Below, in pieces: positions 28,164-41,060 of a DNA stretch of 64,000 nt (positions are counted from its first letter, which is position 1; every line of letters begins with the position of its first letter). The notes under the pieces were generated by a model that ran no database searches, was not told the origin of the DNA, and was given only the letters and a program-made list of their open reading frames with translations. The position numbers and the translations under genes were made by a program. The stretch lies in assembly GCF_009914755.1 (NCBI RefSeq), contig NC_060940.1; one strand, written 5' to 3'. This stretch comes from the human T2T-CHM13v2.0 reference genome, Homo sapiens.

Positions 28164-30892
28164 ATGACCCTGGCTAATGCCTGGCCTAATAAAGGTCCAC
28201 TGTTAACCATTGTTGTTATCAACTTATTTATTTATTGCTCGCTAGGAAGCTTACCTAAGTACCTAGAAGACAAAGTAAGAATAAGTGCATGAAGAAAAGC
28301 GTGATGACCATAAACTAAGTACAGAACTAAAAACAAGATCTATGGCAGGTTAATTTCAAAATGCACTCATGAAATAAAATATTAAATGCTGACGTGCCAT
28401 GCCTGCCTTCAAAAACCAGCCTCTGGGGACCTGCCACTGCTGAGGCCACTGAGCTGAATCAGAAAAGTCACAGGCACTTGCTTAAGTGGGAGAGGAAGGT
28501 GGCGATGCCTGGGCTCTGGAGTAAGAGGCCTGGGGCCAGAGCAGTCACATGGCCAGTGGTAGCGGCCGGGAGCCTTGTGGGCCACTGGGCTGTTACTTTG
28601 GAGGAGGGGACAGCGGGCCCTCCTGTGTGAGCTTAGCTCTCAGACATCTACATGGACTGTCACTCATTTGCCTACTCAACAACATCTGTGCAGGCTGCCA
28701 GGTACTGTTCCCAGCGCTGCCAATACTGCAGAGAACAAAGCTGACCTGGTTGCCCCACGGGGCTTGGATGCTCCCAGGAAAGTCACAAGATAAACAGGTG
28801 CATAACTGCACATGTGGCTATGATCTTAGGCACTGCTAAATGCTGCAAGGAGATGCTTTTTGACTCCTTGTCACCTTCTCCAAGGCCATGTCTGGTTTCA
28901 GTGGTAGTGGGCGTAGCCACTTGGGTACACCATGACATCCTGCCACGTCTAGCTGCTCAACCTCACAGAGGCACAGCCTGGAGTGCAGAAACCCTAAAGC
29001 CCCTAAAGGACCCCTCAACCAATGGGGGATAAGAGTCGGTGGCTACGTGCCCCCGCCTCCCAGGGCTGCACCCTCCATGTTCCTCTAAGGGTCCCTGAGG
29101 GATTCTGTCCCAGGTGCCCACAGCAGTAACTGTAGGATTCTGTCCCAGGCGCCTACAGCCCATAAGAAGTAGAGCTGAAATTTGAACCCAGGCATTATGG
29201 GTTCTCTTCTATAAGCAAGAGACAAAGGAGTGGACAGCCAGCACGTGCTGGGAAAAGCCTATGACCCAGGATTCAGCCCATGACTTGGGCCCACTCAAGG
29301 GAGCCACACACCCATGGGGGAAAGAGATTGGCAGCCATCTAACCATGAAGGATGGGGATTCCCCGCCAAGGATACCACCACCAAAGGGACAAAGTCCCTC
29401 TCTCCAGGAGGACTTCGCCAAGGAGTTGAAGAAACAGACATGCACACGACCACCATACGGGACACCAACACCACAAAGACAAGGAGGGCATCCGAGCAGA
29501 GGGAACATTCACACCGGGCCTTGACGGGTGTGTAGGAGTCCTCCAGGAAGGCGAAACAGATGAAGACAGTGCAGGCAGAGGGAAGAGAGTCCACAGGCCT
29601 AGGGAAGCGGGAAGGCAGGCCAGCGCGGCACAGGGGAAGAGCTGAGAGCCTCGGACACAGATCTGGATTCAAAGTGCAGTTCTTCCCAACTGCAGCATCT
29701 CCAGCAAGCGACTCTGGCTCTCCAAGGAAAATGTCAGGTTCCTCCTCAGTGAAGTGGGGATAATTTCTACTTGTGGGTGTCACTCTGCTCATTACTCCCT
29801 CAGAGAGAAGATAAATTAGATAAACTAACACACGCAGAGCTCCTACGTAGGGCCTGGGACTTGGGCATCCCTAAGGTCAGCATCGTGTGTGTTGGGGACA
29901 CACACTGGAGGGGTCGGCTGGCCAGCACCTGTCATAAAGGGCACCCCATGTCATGTCTGAGCGTTTGGACCTTATGGAGAAAAGGTGTTGGAAGTGGGAG
30001 GCGGGGGAGCAACCTGACCTGAAGGTTAGAAAGCCACCCCTAGCCTGGACTGCAAGCTCACTGGGGTCAGGGAAAGGACTCAACTCAGTACTTGGCAAAG
30101 GGCTTGGGGCATAGTAGATGCTCGAGAAATGTCCCGGAGAAGACAAGGTCATGATCAAGGGTGGAGCCCTAAGAAACGCCTAGACTTATCGGGCAGGAAG
30201 CAGAAGCAGCAGCAGAAGGAAGTGAGAATGACAGGAGAGAGACATAAAAGGAGAACTAGGCAAGTCTAGCCACGCAGAAGCAGAAGCACAAGCGAGGGGG
30301 ACTATCTTTTCAGGAGGTGCTGGCCACTGGCAAATGCTGGAGGGAGGTAAAGTGGATCAGAGACAAAGAAATGACCACTAAATCTGGCAACTGGAATATT
30401 TACCAAAGACCTAGACATAGAGCTCCATGCTCTGGGTGTGGGTGGGCACCAGAATGAAATGGGGTAAAGAAAGGATGGGAGACAAGGAGGTATTTATAAC
30501 ACCTATAAAATCTGTAAGGGATGCTTTCAAAAAGTTTGCATTAACTTCTGAATATTTTCAAGGGACAAAAACCCAATTCACCTAGTGTTTAGGGAATGCT
30601 TTTTTTGAACTTGAGACACTGTACTTACCAGGAAGATACACATCTATCATCCTTCATCATTTTCTGTTTGTGGTGACACAGCCACAAACAGAAAAGAAAG
30701 CACAAACATCACCATGCAGTAGACTGAAAGAGCTACCACAAAGCCCACGCCCCTGTGGACACACAAAAAAGCTATGCAGCGTGGCTCAGGGCCTCCCAGC
30801 AACAGATCTGTGGGCAAAGAAGGCAATGGGAGACTGGATAGTGCAGAAAATTACAAAGGTAATGTTTTCGCAGCCCTTCAGGGTACCACTTA

Positions 30893-31205
<313 letters not shown>

Positions 31206-31893
31206 AAACCCAACATTGTTTCTGGAGCAAAGTAGGAACCCAATAAAATGTTTGTCGCGTGCATTAACGGACAGACTGTTCAGCACTTTATAACTGCCCA
31301 AAGCCCTGTCACAGATTTGGAGCTTCTTTTTGATGTCACATTCCCTTAGACCTTAGGAAAGAAAGCAATTTCTCTCCTTCCCTTCTCGCCCAAATTTCTG
31401 AAACCCGGGTGTGTATGTTCAGCTAGGGAAAAAATATTCAGGTGCAAAACAGCACGATAAATAGACTGCCGGCTCTCTGTGTGTTGTATTGCCATATACG
31501 CAGAGGTCATGGACAGCAAGTGAATTTGACTCCTTCGCATTCCAGCTCCCTTCTTTTGGTCGCTATACTCCAGTTTTCCGTAGGAACCACCTCTCTGCCA
31601 CTCTCAGTCTCTGTCATCCAGGTAGGGCTGATGCCACCTCCAAGAGGCATCCCCTAGGCCTGCACTAAGGCCAGTCAGTCTTCCTGGAGGCATAGCAGGC
31701 CAGAAAATGGGGCTGTGAGACAGGAGAGTGCAGAGGCAAGGAAGGCCTCCTTCAATCCTTTCTTCAACATCTATGCCAAGTGGTTAGTCGGACTCTCCTG
31801 ACATACCTCCTGTGATGGGGGCCTCACTTTCTCCTCTGGTAGCCCGTTCTACCTTAAGGGCCTCTTCCTCTCCAGGTCAACCCAAAATCTATC

Positions 31894-32247
31894 TGATATG
31901 GTTTGGCTCTGGGTCCCCACCCAAATCTCACCTTGAATTGTAATAAGTGTCAAGGGCAGGACGGGGTGGAGATAATTGACTCAGGGGGGCAGTTTCCCCC
32001 ATACTGTTCTGGTGATAGTTCTCACAAAACTGATGGTTTTATAAGGGGCTTCCCCCTTCACTTGGCTCTCAGTCTGTCTCCTGCTGCCACGTAAAGAAGG
32101 ATGTGTTTGCTTCCCCTTTTGCCATGATTGTAAGTTTCCTGAGGCCTCCCCAGCCATGCAAAACTGTGAGCCAATTAAACCTCTTTTCTTTACAAATTAC
32201 CCAGTCACGGGTATTTCTTCATAGCAGCGTGAGAAGAGACTAACACA
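31894..32247. mobile_element. THE1-family (MaLR) solo LTR with perfect 5-bp TSD CTATC
   Basis: TGATATGGTTTGGCT...GACTAACACA termini; CTATC at 31889-31893 and 32248-32252. Confidence 0.9.
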
Positions 32248-32509
32248 CTATCCCTGAATTCCTACTGCGTGGTCCCATTTACCACATAGGGTTGGTGTGG
32301 GGGTAGGAACACAAGAAGTCCACACTTACCACATGACAGCCCCTCAAACATCTGAAGACAACACTGGTATCTCCCAAGGATCTCTCCTCTTGGTCTCACA
32401 AGGTTAAATATGCCCAATTTCCTCAGTCAGTTCTCACATGAGAGGCTTTAAATTCCTTGTCCAGCCTGGATTCTCCTCTCCTCTGAGACTGTGTCCAGCT
32501 GCCTAACCT

Positions 32510-33030
32510 GGAGACTATGGCCAGGACTCTTTTAGATGGAAACTAAATCCAGAACCCACTCACACTGGCCTGAGAAAAAATATTACTTGGCTCATGAAAG
32601 TGAACCGTCTAAAGAGAAAGCTTCAGGCATGGCTGGATCCCAGAGTTTTCTGGCACGTCACCTGTCTCCACTCCCACCACCAGGCTCTGTTCCTGAGTTC
32701 TCAGACAGGTACTCTCTATAAATGGTAGACATGCCCTGTGAGCTCCAAGCCCTCATTATTCTTATTTGTTTTAATCCCAGAGAAAGATAAAAAGACTCTT
32801 TACCAACAACTCTGTCCAAAGTCTCAGGGATGAATCTGATTGGCTAGATTTGAGTCACAAGGGCCCTTGAACCAATCGGTTAGCAGAAGAGTGGCTTGCT
32901 CTGATTGGACAGGTCTGGGTTATGTGCACTCTCACAGGAACTACATTGGTTGACCAGGATTATTATGAAATGGAAGGGAGAGGTTCCCCCAAAGGAGGGA
33001 ATGCTGGACAGAAAAAAAAACATCAATCCC
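32510..33030. mobile_element. Old MLT1-type LTR remnant
   Basis: MLT1-like motifs (ttcaggcatggctggatccc; ctgattggacaggtctgggt). Confidence 0.55.
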
Positions 33031-34782
33031 TACATCTCTCTCTGTGGTGTTTTGGGTTAAACACTACTGGCTGACCAGAGCCTCATGGGAATATCATCTC
33101 CACCCAGACCATCATCCAACAAATGTCACAGGGCACCTGCCTCCAACCAAGCATCTTCATGATGCTGCCCTTCATGAAGAAGCCTTTTCTGGTAACCACC
33201 CCACATCTCAAATTTATTTCAACCTATCCATTGATATGTAACACCTTCCGAAGGTGCTACTTTAACAATAACCACATTTATTGAGCTTTACTCTGTGTCA
33301 GGCAGTACTCTACAAGCATTATATGGAACAAGCCAGTTTATCCTTACAGCAACCTACATGCAATCATTATCCCCACCTTTACAGACGAGAAAACACAGAC
33401 CCTGGGAGATCTGCCCAAGGTCACACAGCACAGCAAGGCTATCGTTCAAAGCAAGACGCCCCAGCCTCACCACTGATGCTCTTAACCAATCAGCTCTAAA
33501 ATCTGCACCAACAGAAAACTGGACTCATTCCCAGATGCCTGGATTCCTTCTAAAATAAAACTGCTTGCAACACATAATTTGAGGTCCATGGATAGAGGAT
33601 TGCTTTAACAATGTCACATTTGTATGAGAGAAACTACGTAGCCATTTTTAAACTGGTATTGCAGAAGAAGAGGGGAAGATAGGGAAGAAACTTTGGCATT
33701 ACAGTTGTTGTGGGAGGTGGCTCTAAAATATCTATGATCCCCTTTTGTAGTAGAATTACATACAGAAAACTATTTCAAGAATATAGATAAAAATGAGACC
33801 AGCGGTCTGTCCTGGGAGATGACAATAAAATGTCAGCTCCACGAGGACAGGCGCCTTTTCTGCTTCTATATTTATCCTCAGTGCCTACAGTCGTGCCCCA
33901 CAGAGTAGCAGTCCCATATGTCGAATGAATTAAATGAATAAACAGGAGAATGAAGGAATAAACACAGGAAGGAACAAGTTCCTGAGTGTTTGCAAAACTA
34001 TATCTGAACTATATCTACTTGGTATTCTCTTCTTTTGGTTTAGTCTTGCTTTATGAGTATGCCACAGAGAATATGTATTATCTGAATGGTGCAGAAACAA
34101 AATGTGATTTCACAGACAGCCCCAGCCACTGCCTCGCCACACATACGTGATCTGTAAGCCCTTTCTGCTGTGGCCAGGTAGATCATACAACCGGTCTGGC
34201 AAATGGCCCCTTTCCCTCCACCTCTGCCAGCTGAGCCCTGATTGCTCCAGGCTCCCAGTGGCTCTGTCAGGTGAACCTGTGACCCTCCAGCCCAGCTCAG
34301 CACCCATTTCCTTCCCATCATCTCTCCCCCTTCCATCTTCTTGGTGCTCTTGAACGCTACTTCCACATCACTTGAATTCCAAAAACAAAAATGGCAATCG
34401 CAGTAATTGACATTTATGGAGTGCTCACTATGTCCCACGCAGCATAAGGACTTGCTTCCTTAATCCTCCTAATGACCACACTGTAGCAGGTTACCAGATG
34501 GGTAACTCACCTGCTCCAGAGCACATGAATGGCAGGTATTTGAACCCAGGCAATCGGACAAAACCCAAACCTTGAACTACTGAGCTAAGCACCTCTCATC
34601 ATGCTCCTTCATGCAGACCCGGGCCAAGGGTCTAATGCGTGTCCACATGGGGCCAAATGCCTATTGCATACCAGCCTGGGCCAGGTGCCTACTTTGTGCT
34701 GAGTGGGGACGTGTACTGAAAGCTTCCGAGTGGAAAGCATAATGCCTCTACGAGTGCTATCAGAGTAAAAATAATTATTTGA

Positions 34783-35053
34783 GGCCGGGCGCGGTGGCTC
34801 ACGCCTGTAATCCCAGCATTTTGGGAGGCTGAGGCAGGTGGATCACCTGAGGTCAGGAGTTTGAGACCAGCCTGGCCAACATGGTGAAACCCCGTCTCTA
34901 CTAAAAATACAAAAACTTGCCGTGTGTGGTGGCACATGCCTGTAGTCCCAGCTACTTGGGAGGCTGAGGCAGGAGAATCTCTTGACCCCGGGAGGCAGAG
35001 GCTGCACTCCAGCCTGGGCGACAGAGAAAAACTTTGTCTCAAAAAAAAGAAAA
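34783..35053 (+). mobile_element. Alu (AluS-like, internal deletion in the right arm)
   Basis: Alu consensus. Confidence 0.9.
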
Positions 35054-35267
35054 GCAGTGGTAGGGGTAGCCAACACACACCGTGGCCTGTGCTCTCATTT
35101 TAGGTGCATTACTTCAGTGAACCCTCCCAGTCACCCTCAGAGGTAGGCATGTCAGGATTCCCATTTTACAGACCTAAAAACTGAGGCACAGAGGGAGGGA
35201 GGCACTTGCCCAAGGCCACACACACAATGAGTGAGAAGCAGAGCGGAGATGTCAATCTAGAATGACT

Positions 35268-35616
<349 letters not shown>

Positions 35617-38133
35617 TGAAATGAAGAAGGAATCACACTAAGCTAGGTGGGTGGCTGAGTCCTAAATGAGTTGAGATGGGGAAGAGGAATACCGCATGGT
35701 AGAAACCTCCAAAATCAAAAGCACCAAGACGGGAAATGTTACAGTGTTGGGCTGCAGGTGTGTGAGGGAGGGTGTGTGGAGCTACTAGAGAGGAGATATG
35801 GGTGGGGACAAACCGACTAGAAAGCCAAGCAGACAGCATGAGTGTAATCCAATGGGGCAGAAGGGAGCCATAGAAGGTTAATGAGCAGAGGAGTGACTTG
35901 ATTAGAAATGTACTGTAGAAAGAATTACCCCAGCAAGGGAGGACAGAGTGGATACCAGACAAGGAAGATTAAGGGCAAATAGACTGTTGCTATGAAGAGG
36001 AAAGCAGAGATGTTAAGGGGCAAATGGACACTTTTGTGAAAGTGGCATGCCATTCTTCCCTAGGAAGCCACCTCCTCAAGTCAGTCTCCTGGTTTGAGTG
36101 GGGCTGCCCCGCCCCCCACCCACTCCAGAGGTGGGCATGTGATCCAGGCCTGGCCACGCAGAGTCTCCATGATTGGTCTAGGGATGGGCACATGACCTCA
36201 GGGCCAAAGACAGTCCAGGGACCCCCAAAATCACTGGCAAAGAGGCTTGCTCCGTCTTTCCACCAAGATGGCTCTGCCCAGGGGCTAAACCTCCCCCCTC
36301 CCCGCAAGAATGGAGGTGAAGGATGAAGACAGAGCTAGGAGGAGGAGGAGAGGCTGTTTGGAGTTCGGGCAGTCTTTGCTGCTGCTAGGACTTCCCCTGG
36401 AGTTTCCAGGCTAGAGGCCACAGTGGATTTTCTGCTTACATTAATCTGCACTGGGCATTTCTCACCGCCCTCGCAAGGTCTCTGACCATCCCAGGCGAAC
36501 TGAGCTATGGAGCAAGAAGCAAGAGCGGAGGTAGCGGAGGGGCAGGCAGCGAGGAAGGCCGGGAGCCAGGCAAGCTCGGGAAGAAGCAGCGCAGACCCAG
36601 AGCAGGCAGAAAGATTGGGAGGATGAGTGCGGGGGTGGGAGGGAACTGGCCTGGCAGCACAGACACCTCGTGGCCCTCTGGAAAACAGCTCTGAGGGAGG
36701 AAAGGCCAGGCCAGGAGGCTGGGAAGAAATGAGGAGGGGAGGCTGGGTGGAGAGATCCCATTCTGGAAAGCCGTGGGGGAGGAAGGGGAGAAGGGACAGT
36801 AGCCTGAGGTGGGAGGGCCAGGGAAGGGGGTGTTTCAGAGAGAATGCCTGAGTGCCAGAGTGGGGAGGGTTGGGAGAAGAGCAGGACCCCAGGAAGGCCC
36901 ACACCCTGAGGTTATAAGGAAGAAACTGGGTGCTGTTTCTGGCCTTCCAAGTCTGCTGGCCACCTTGTGAGATGTTTGGAAGCAGGAAGCCCGAACCAGA
37001 GTGGAACCTTTCTTCTCAGGCCTGTCAGGATACCTGGCAGGGAACTGGGGCCACAAAAGAGCCCTCTCTGAGTCACAAGTGGGCAACCATGTCATTTGCA
37101 ACCTGCAAGCAATCCCACGAGAGGTGAGAATCTAAACAACCTCCTCAGAAGCCAAGAGCACCTGCCCCGAGCCAGCCTGCCTGGGTTCAAGTCCCAACTC
37201 TGCCACTTTCTAGCTGGGTGAATGCAGGAAGCCTATTAACCTCTCTGGGCCTCCGTTTCCTCATCTGTAGAATAGGAGTAACCTTAGTACCTGCCACACC
37301 AGGCTGTTCTGAGGTATGACCAAGATAAGGCACGTCGAGCGTGGTGACTGCTATCCAGCCAGTGCCAGTGTTGAGTCCATTGTCCCTGGGTTATGAGGAC
37401 ACGACGACAGGAAGGAACAAGCGTTTCCGAGAGGAACAAGAGCAGACACGGCAACCATAATTCTCCTATGCATTTGTCCAACAGATGGCTGGGGAAAGAA
37501 AGCACTGCAGCTGAAGCTCCCATGGCCCATTCATGAGGATCCACACACAGCAGGGAAGCATTTTTAGCTTCCTCGCCAGACACGCGCCACTCCCCACTCC
37601 CATCCCTGGGGGGCAGGAGGTGGGTCTGAGCAGAAAACCACAAGCCTGTGGGAGGAGGGAAGTGTTCTCCCACTACACCAGAGTGGGCTGAGGCCTGGGA
37701 GCACCTGCCAGGAGCCTCCTGATGGGATGGATGCTCTTTTCCTCATCCCCTTCTACTTGCTGGAGAGAACAGTAGCTTCAGAGGCAGAACATGGTTTGAT
37801 GGGGGAAGGGAGGGATGGGTGACCAGCGGGAGGAAAGAAGCTGAATTTAGGGAGGGAAGCTGGTCTGTAAAGCATAGCCTCAGAGCCGGCAAAGCAGAAA
37901 TACTGCTGACTCTCCTGGCTGTTCACGGACCGGAGGGGAGAAAGTTAAGAGTTTGCACTTACTCCACTTGCAAAAGCATTCAACTACAGAGGCGGAGGGA
38001 CGGAGGCCTGGGTTCAAATCCTGCCCTGCCAACTCTCCACATCGTTGCAGTGCTTTATGCTGCGATTTTAGGCCAACTGTTTACAAAAGCAATGAATGAA
38101 TGTCTACAGGCAGCGCTCAAGGAGTAATTTTAG

Positions 38134-38136
<3 letters not shown>

Positions 38137-38176
<40 letters not shown>

Positions 38177-38180
38177 CGCG
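38137..38180 (+). repeat. (TG)17 microsatellite followed by CGCGCACGCG
   Basis: Seen directly; 44 nt of unbroken purine-pyrimidine alternation. Confidence 0.95.
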
Positions 38181-38511
38181 GGTTCTCAGTATCACCCATC
38201 CTCTAGTAGTCACACCACAAATACCCTTTGAATTGAACTAAATGCAAAATATAATTTGATTATGGAAGCAGTTAAGGAAAGAAACACCCACATGATCCCT
38301 GGCACAATTTTGTACTTTTTATTTATTTCGCAAACAATCATGTAGCTTGTACAGGCACTGTTCTGAGCATTTTATACATACTGACTCACTTATCCTCGCA
38401 ACAGCACTGTGAGAGTGCAGGTGAGGAAACCAAGACCCCCAGAGATTAAGGAACTCGTTCCAAACCACACAGCCAGGAAGCAGCCGTTCAGGGATTCGAA
38501 CCCACACCGTC

Positions 38512-38829
<318 letters not shown>

Positions 38830-39793
38830 AACCCACACCGTCTGGCTCAGGGTCCACGCCGTAACCTCCGGGCTGTGCTGCCGTTGTCCGAAAGCTTGCT
38901 TCCAACTAAAGACCAGAGATGGGAGGGAGTCGCATTCTCCAATCTCTTTAAAAGGTCCCATTACCAACATCACAGAGCCTCTGCCACTACCGAAGGGTTT
39001 ATGGCGATGCCTGCCACGTGGTCTTTCTTTTCATGGTTCACAAGCCACAGGGAAGTGCCTAAGGCACACAAATCTTAAGTATACAGTCTGATGATTTTTC
39101 ACGCGGGTACACACCTGCATAACCCCCTCCCAGATCAACAAATGTCTACAGAGACATTTTCAGCTCCCAGCAGTCCGGGTGGTGTGCCCCTCCCCATCAG
39201 TGGCTATCTAGCCCCAAAAGCTAATCTCGATTCTGACATTCACACCATAGATTAGTTTCGCCTTGTCTAGGATTTCTAAATGGAATCATATGGTGTGTAC
39301 TCTTTTGCATCTGATTCTACTCGTCAAATTAAAAATCACATAAAATCAGCACACGGGCAGACAATGATAGCGGGAGAAAGGAGGGCGCGGCTGAGTTTCT
39401 TTCCCTTCCAAGCAGCCCCCTAGCCTGTTCGTATTTGGGCTCAGTGACTGATCAAAGGGGACAGTGGGAAGAGCTGGATGGACACTGGAGTTTGGAAACA
39501 CAGGAGTTGACCTTAGAAAACCAGTGGACCGCAGGGGGCAAAAGAGCTGCCCCGCCTGGAGAAGGCATTGTAGGATGGCGGAGGCAGGTGGGTCACTTCT
39601 GTTGCTTCGGATGTCCAGAGGGGAGAAGGTTTTATGAGGCCTTAAAACGCTCACACCGGGTTCCTCCCACGCCATGCGCCAGGGGCACCCCATGTGGCCA
39701 CCGGTTCCTCCCGGGTTCGCTCTGGCCGGGGCTCCCCGGGTGCAGACAACCTCCCAACGACCGCGCATCCGCCCGGCAGGCGCGCCTCCCTAC

Positions 39794-39876
39794 CTGTGCA
39801 CTGCTGGATGAAGTGCTGGTACTCCGCTCCCTGCTCGCCGGGGACGATGGTGGAGCCGTCATATTTAAAAGTCACC
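39794..39876 (-). CDS. COTL1: COTL1 coding exon 2 (W-VTFKYDGSTIVPGEQGAEYQHFIQQCT-D)
   Basis: Peptide is visible inside ORF 39651..40430(-). Acceptor ...cttctcccaacccaaAG|G, donor CAG|GTAGGG. 83 nt, phase-compatible with exons 1 and 3. Confidence 0.97.
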
Positions 39877-40130
39877 CTTTGGGTTGGGAGAAGAAAAAAA
39901 CACACACACACATCAGCGCTGGTGGCCGCGCGACGCGGCGCTTGCAGAGGACAATCTAACAGACGCGCTGGCCACGGAGAAGCCCGCGGGGGCCTGGCAC
40001 GCCGTCCCGGAATAAGGCGAGGAAGACAGCGCGGGAGGCCCGAATCCGTCCCGCCTGGAGGCCGGCTCGGTGCACGAGGCCCCGCGCGAGCCCGGGGAGC
40101 GGGGCGTGGAGACGAATGAAAAGTTCCTAC
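39877..40130 (-). other. COTL1: COTL1 intron 1 (254 nt, GC-rich)
   Basis: GT-AG boundaries between exons 1 and 2. Confidence 0.95.
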
Positions 40131-40207
40131 CAGATGACGGCCGAGCCGTCGTCGCGCACCAGGTTGTACGCCGCCCGGCAAGCCTCTTTGTCGATCTTGG
40201 TGGCCAT
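40131..40207 (-). CDS. COTL1: COTL1 coding exon 1 (codons 1-25 plus 2 nt: MATKIDKEACRAAYNLVRDDGSAVI-W)
   Basis: Minus-strand ATG at 40207-40205 in strong Kozak context (gcggcgATGG). Translation matches the coactosin-like protein N-terminus. Ends at donor TG|GTAGGA (GT 40130-40129). 77 nt, phase 2. Confidence 0.97.
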
Positions 40208-40371
40208 CGCCGCGGAGCCGCAGCGGGACACTGTCCGGGGCGGCCGAGCGCGCCCCTGGCCGGCGGCGGGGATGGGAGCGCGGCGGGTACGCGCCGAGGG
40301 CGCACGGGCTGGCGGCGGTGGCGACGGCTACGCGGCGCCTGCGAGCTGCGAGCGCGGCGGCGGCTTCCACT
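40208..40371 (-). other. COTL1: COTL1 GC-rich 5' UTR; probable TSS at Inr-like CGCAGT (A+1 = 40371)
   Basis: No ATG between the Inr match (BBCABW) and the start codon. Lies just downstream of the GC/CCAAT cluster. TSS position is inferred. Confidence 0.7.
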
Positions 40372-40406
40372 GCGGACGGAGAGCGCGCGGGGACCCCAGG
40401 CCGTGG

Positions 40407-40533
40407 CCCGCCCCGCCCCCCCGCGCCCATTGGCCGCCCAGGCCGCGGCCCGCCTCTTCATTGGCCGTCGGGCTGCGGGGGCGGAGCGTCTTGATTCTCT
40501 GGCGGCCAATCCCAGACCGGAAGGCTTGCGCAA
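40407..40533 (-). promoter_or_regulatory. COTL1 proximal promoter: GC boxes (40407-40420, 40477-40486), CCAAT boxes (40429-40433, 40460-40464, 40506-40510), ETS ACCGGAAG (40516-40523), C/EBP-like TTGCGCAA (40526-40533)
   Basis: Motifs read directly from the sequence immediately upstream of the inferred TSS. No TATA box. Confidence 0.8.
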
Positions 40534-40560
40534 CTCCGCGGTGGGGGCTGGAGTAGGGGC

Positions 40561-41060
40561 TTTGCCTCCTCCCTCTCACTCTCCCTCCTCCCTCCCGCTC
40601 TCTTCTCCCCCAACATCCCTCTTCTCTCTCCTTCTCCTTCTCACTTCCCCTCCTCCCCTCCCGACCCCTCCCTGGAAACTCCCACTACCCCAACCCCCTT
40701 TCCCACCCCGCCTTCCTCCTCTCCCTCCTCCTTCCTCTTCTTCCCCCACTGCTTGCTTCCCCCACTTCCCTGACCTCTTCCCCCTCCCTTCCCTCCCCCT
40801 CTTTCTCCCTTCCCCCTTTATTCTTCTTCCTCTCTCCTCCTCCCTCTTCTTGCCTATCCCAGCCCAAAACTTCTCCATCCTCCCTATTTCCTTCTCCCCA
40901 AGCTCTCCTCTTTCCTCCTCCTTGACCCCCTCCCCTGCTGCCCCCGGCTTCGCCTCCCTCTTCTCCACTTACCCTCCTGGCATCTCCTCCCTCCCTGTCC
41001 CCTACTCCCTCCTCCTATTCCCCCTCTCCCCCTTCCTCATTCTCCCCACCCCCCTGCCCC
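40561..41060 (+). repeat. CT-rich polypyrimidine low-complexity tract upstream of the promoter
   Basis: About 500 nt of nearly pure C/T on the + strand. Confidence 0.9.

Larger units (their letters stand above)
39600..40560. promoter_or_regulatory. CpG island spanning the COTL1 promoter, exon 1, intron 1 and exon 2
   Basis: Very high GC and CpG density compared with CpG-depleted flanks. Confidence 0.92.

Noticed and set aside
39525-39541. CTCF-like GGACCGCAGGGGGCA near exon 2
   Set aside because: Mismatches at the conserved 5' CCA positions; too weak without ChIP data.
39651-40430. 259-aa minus ORF containing the exon 2 peptide
   Set aside because: Its ATG lies inside a CCAAT box upstream of the inferred TSS and it reads through introns; only 39794-39876 is real CDS.
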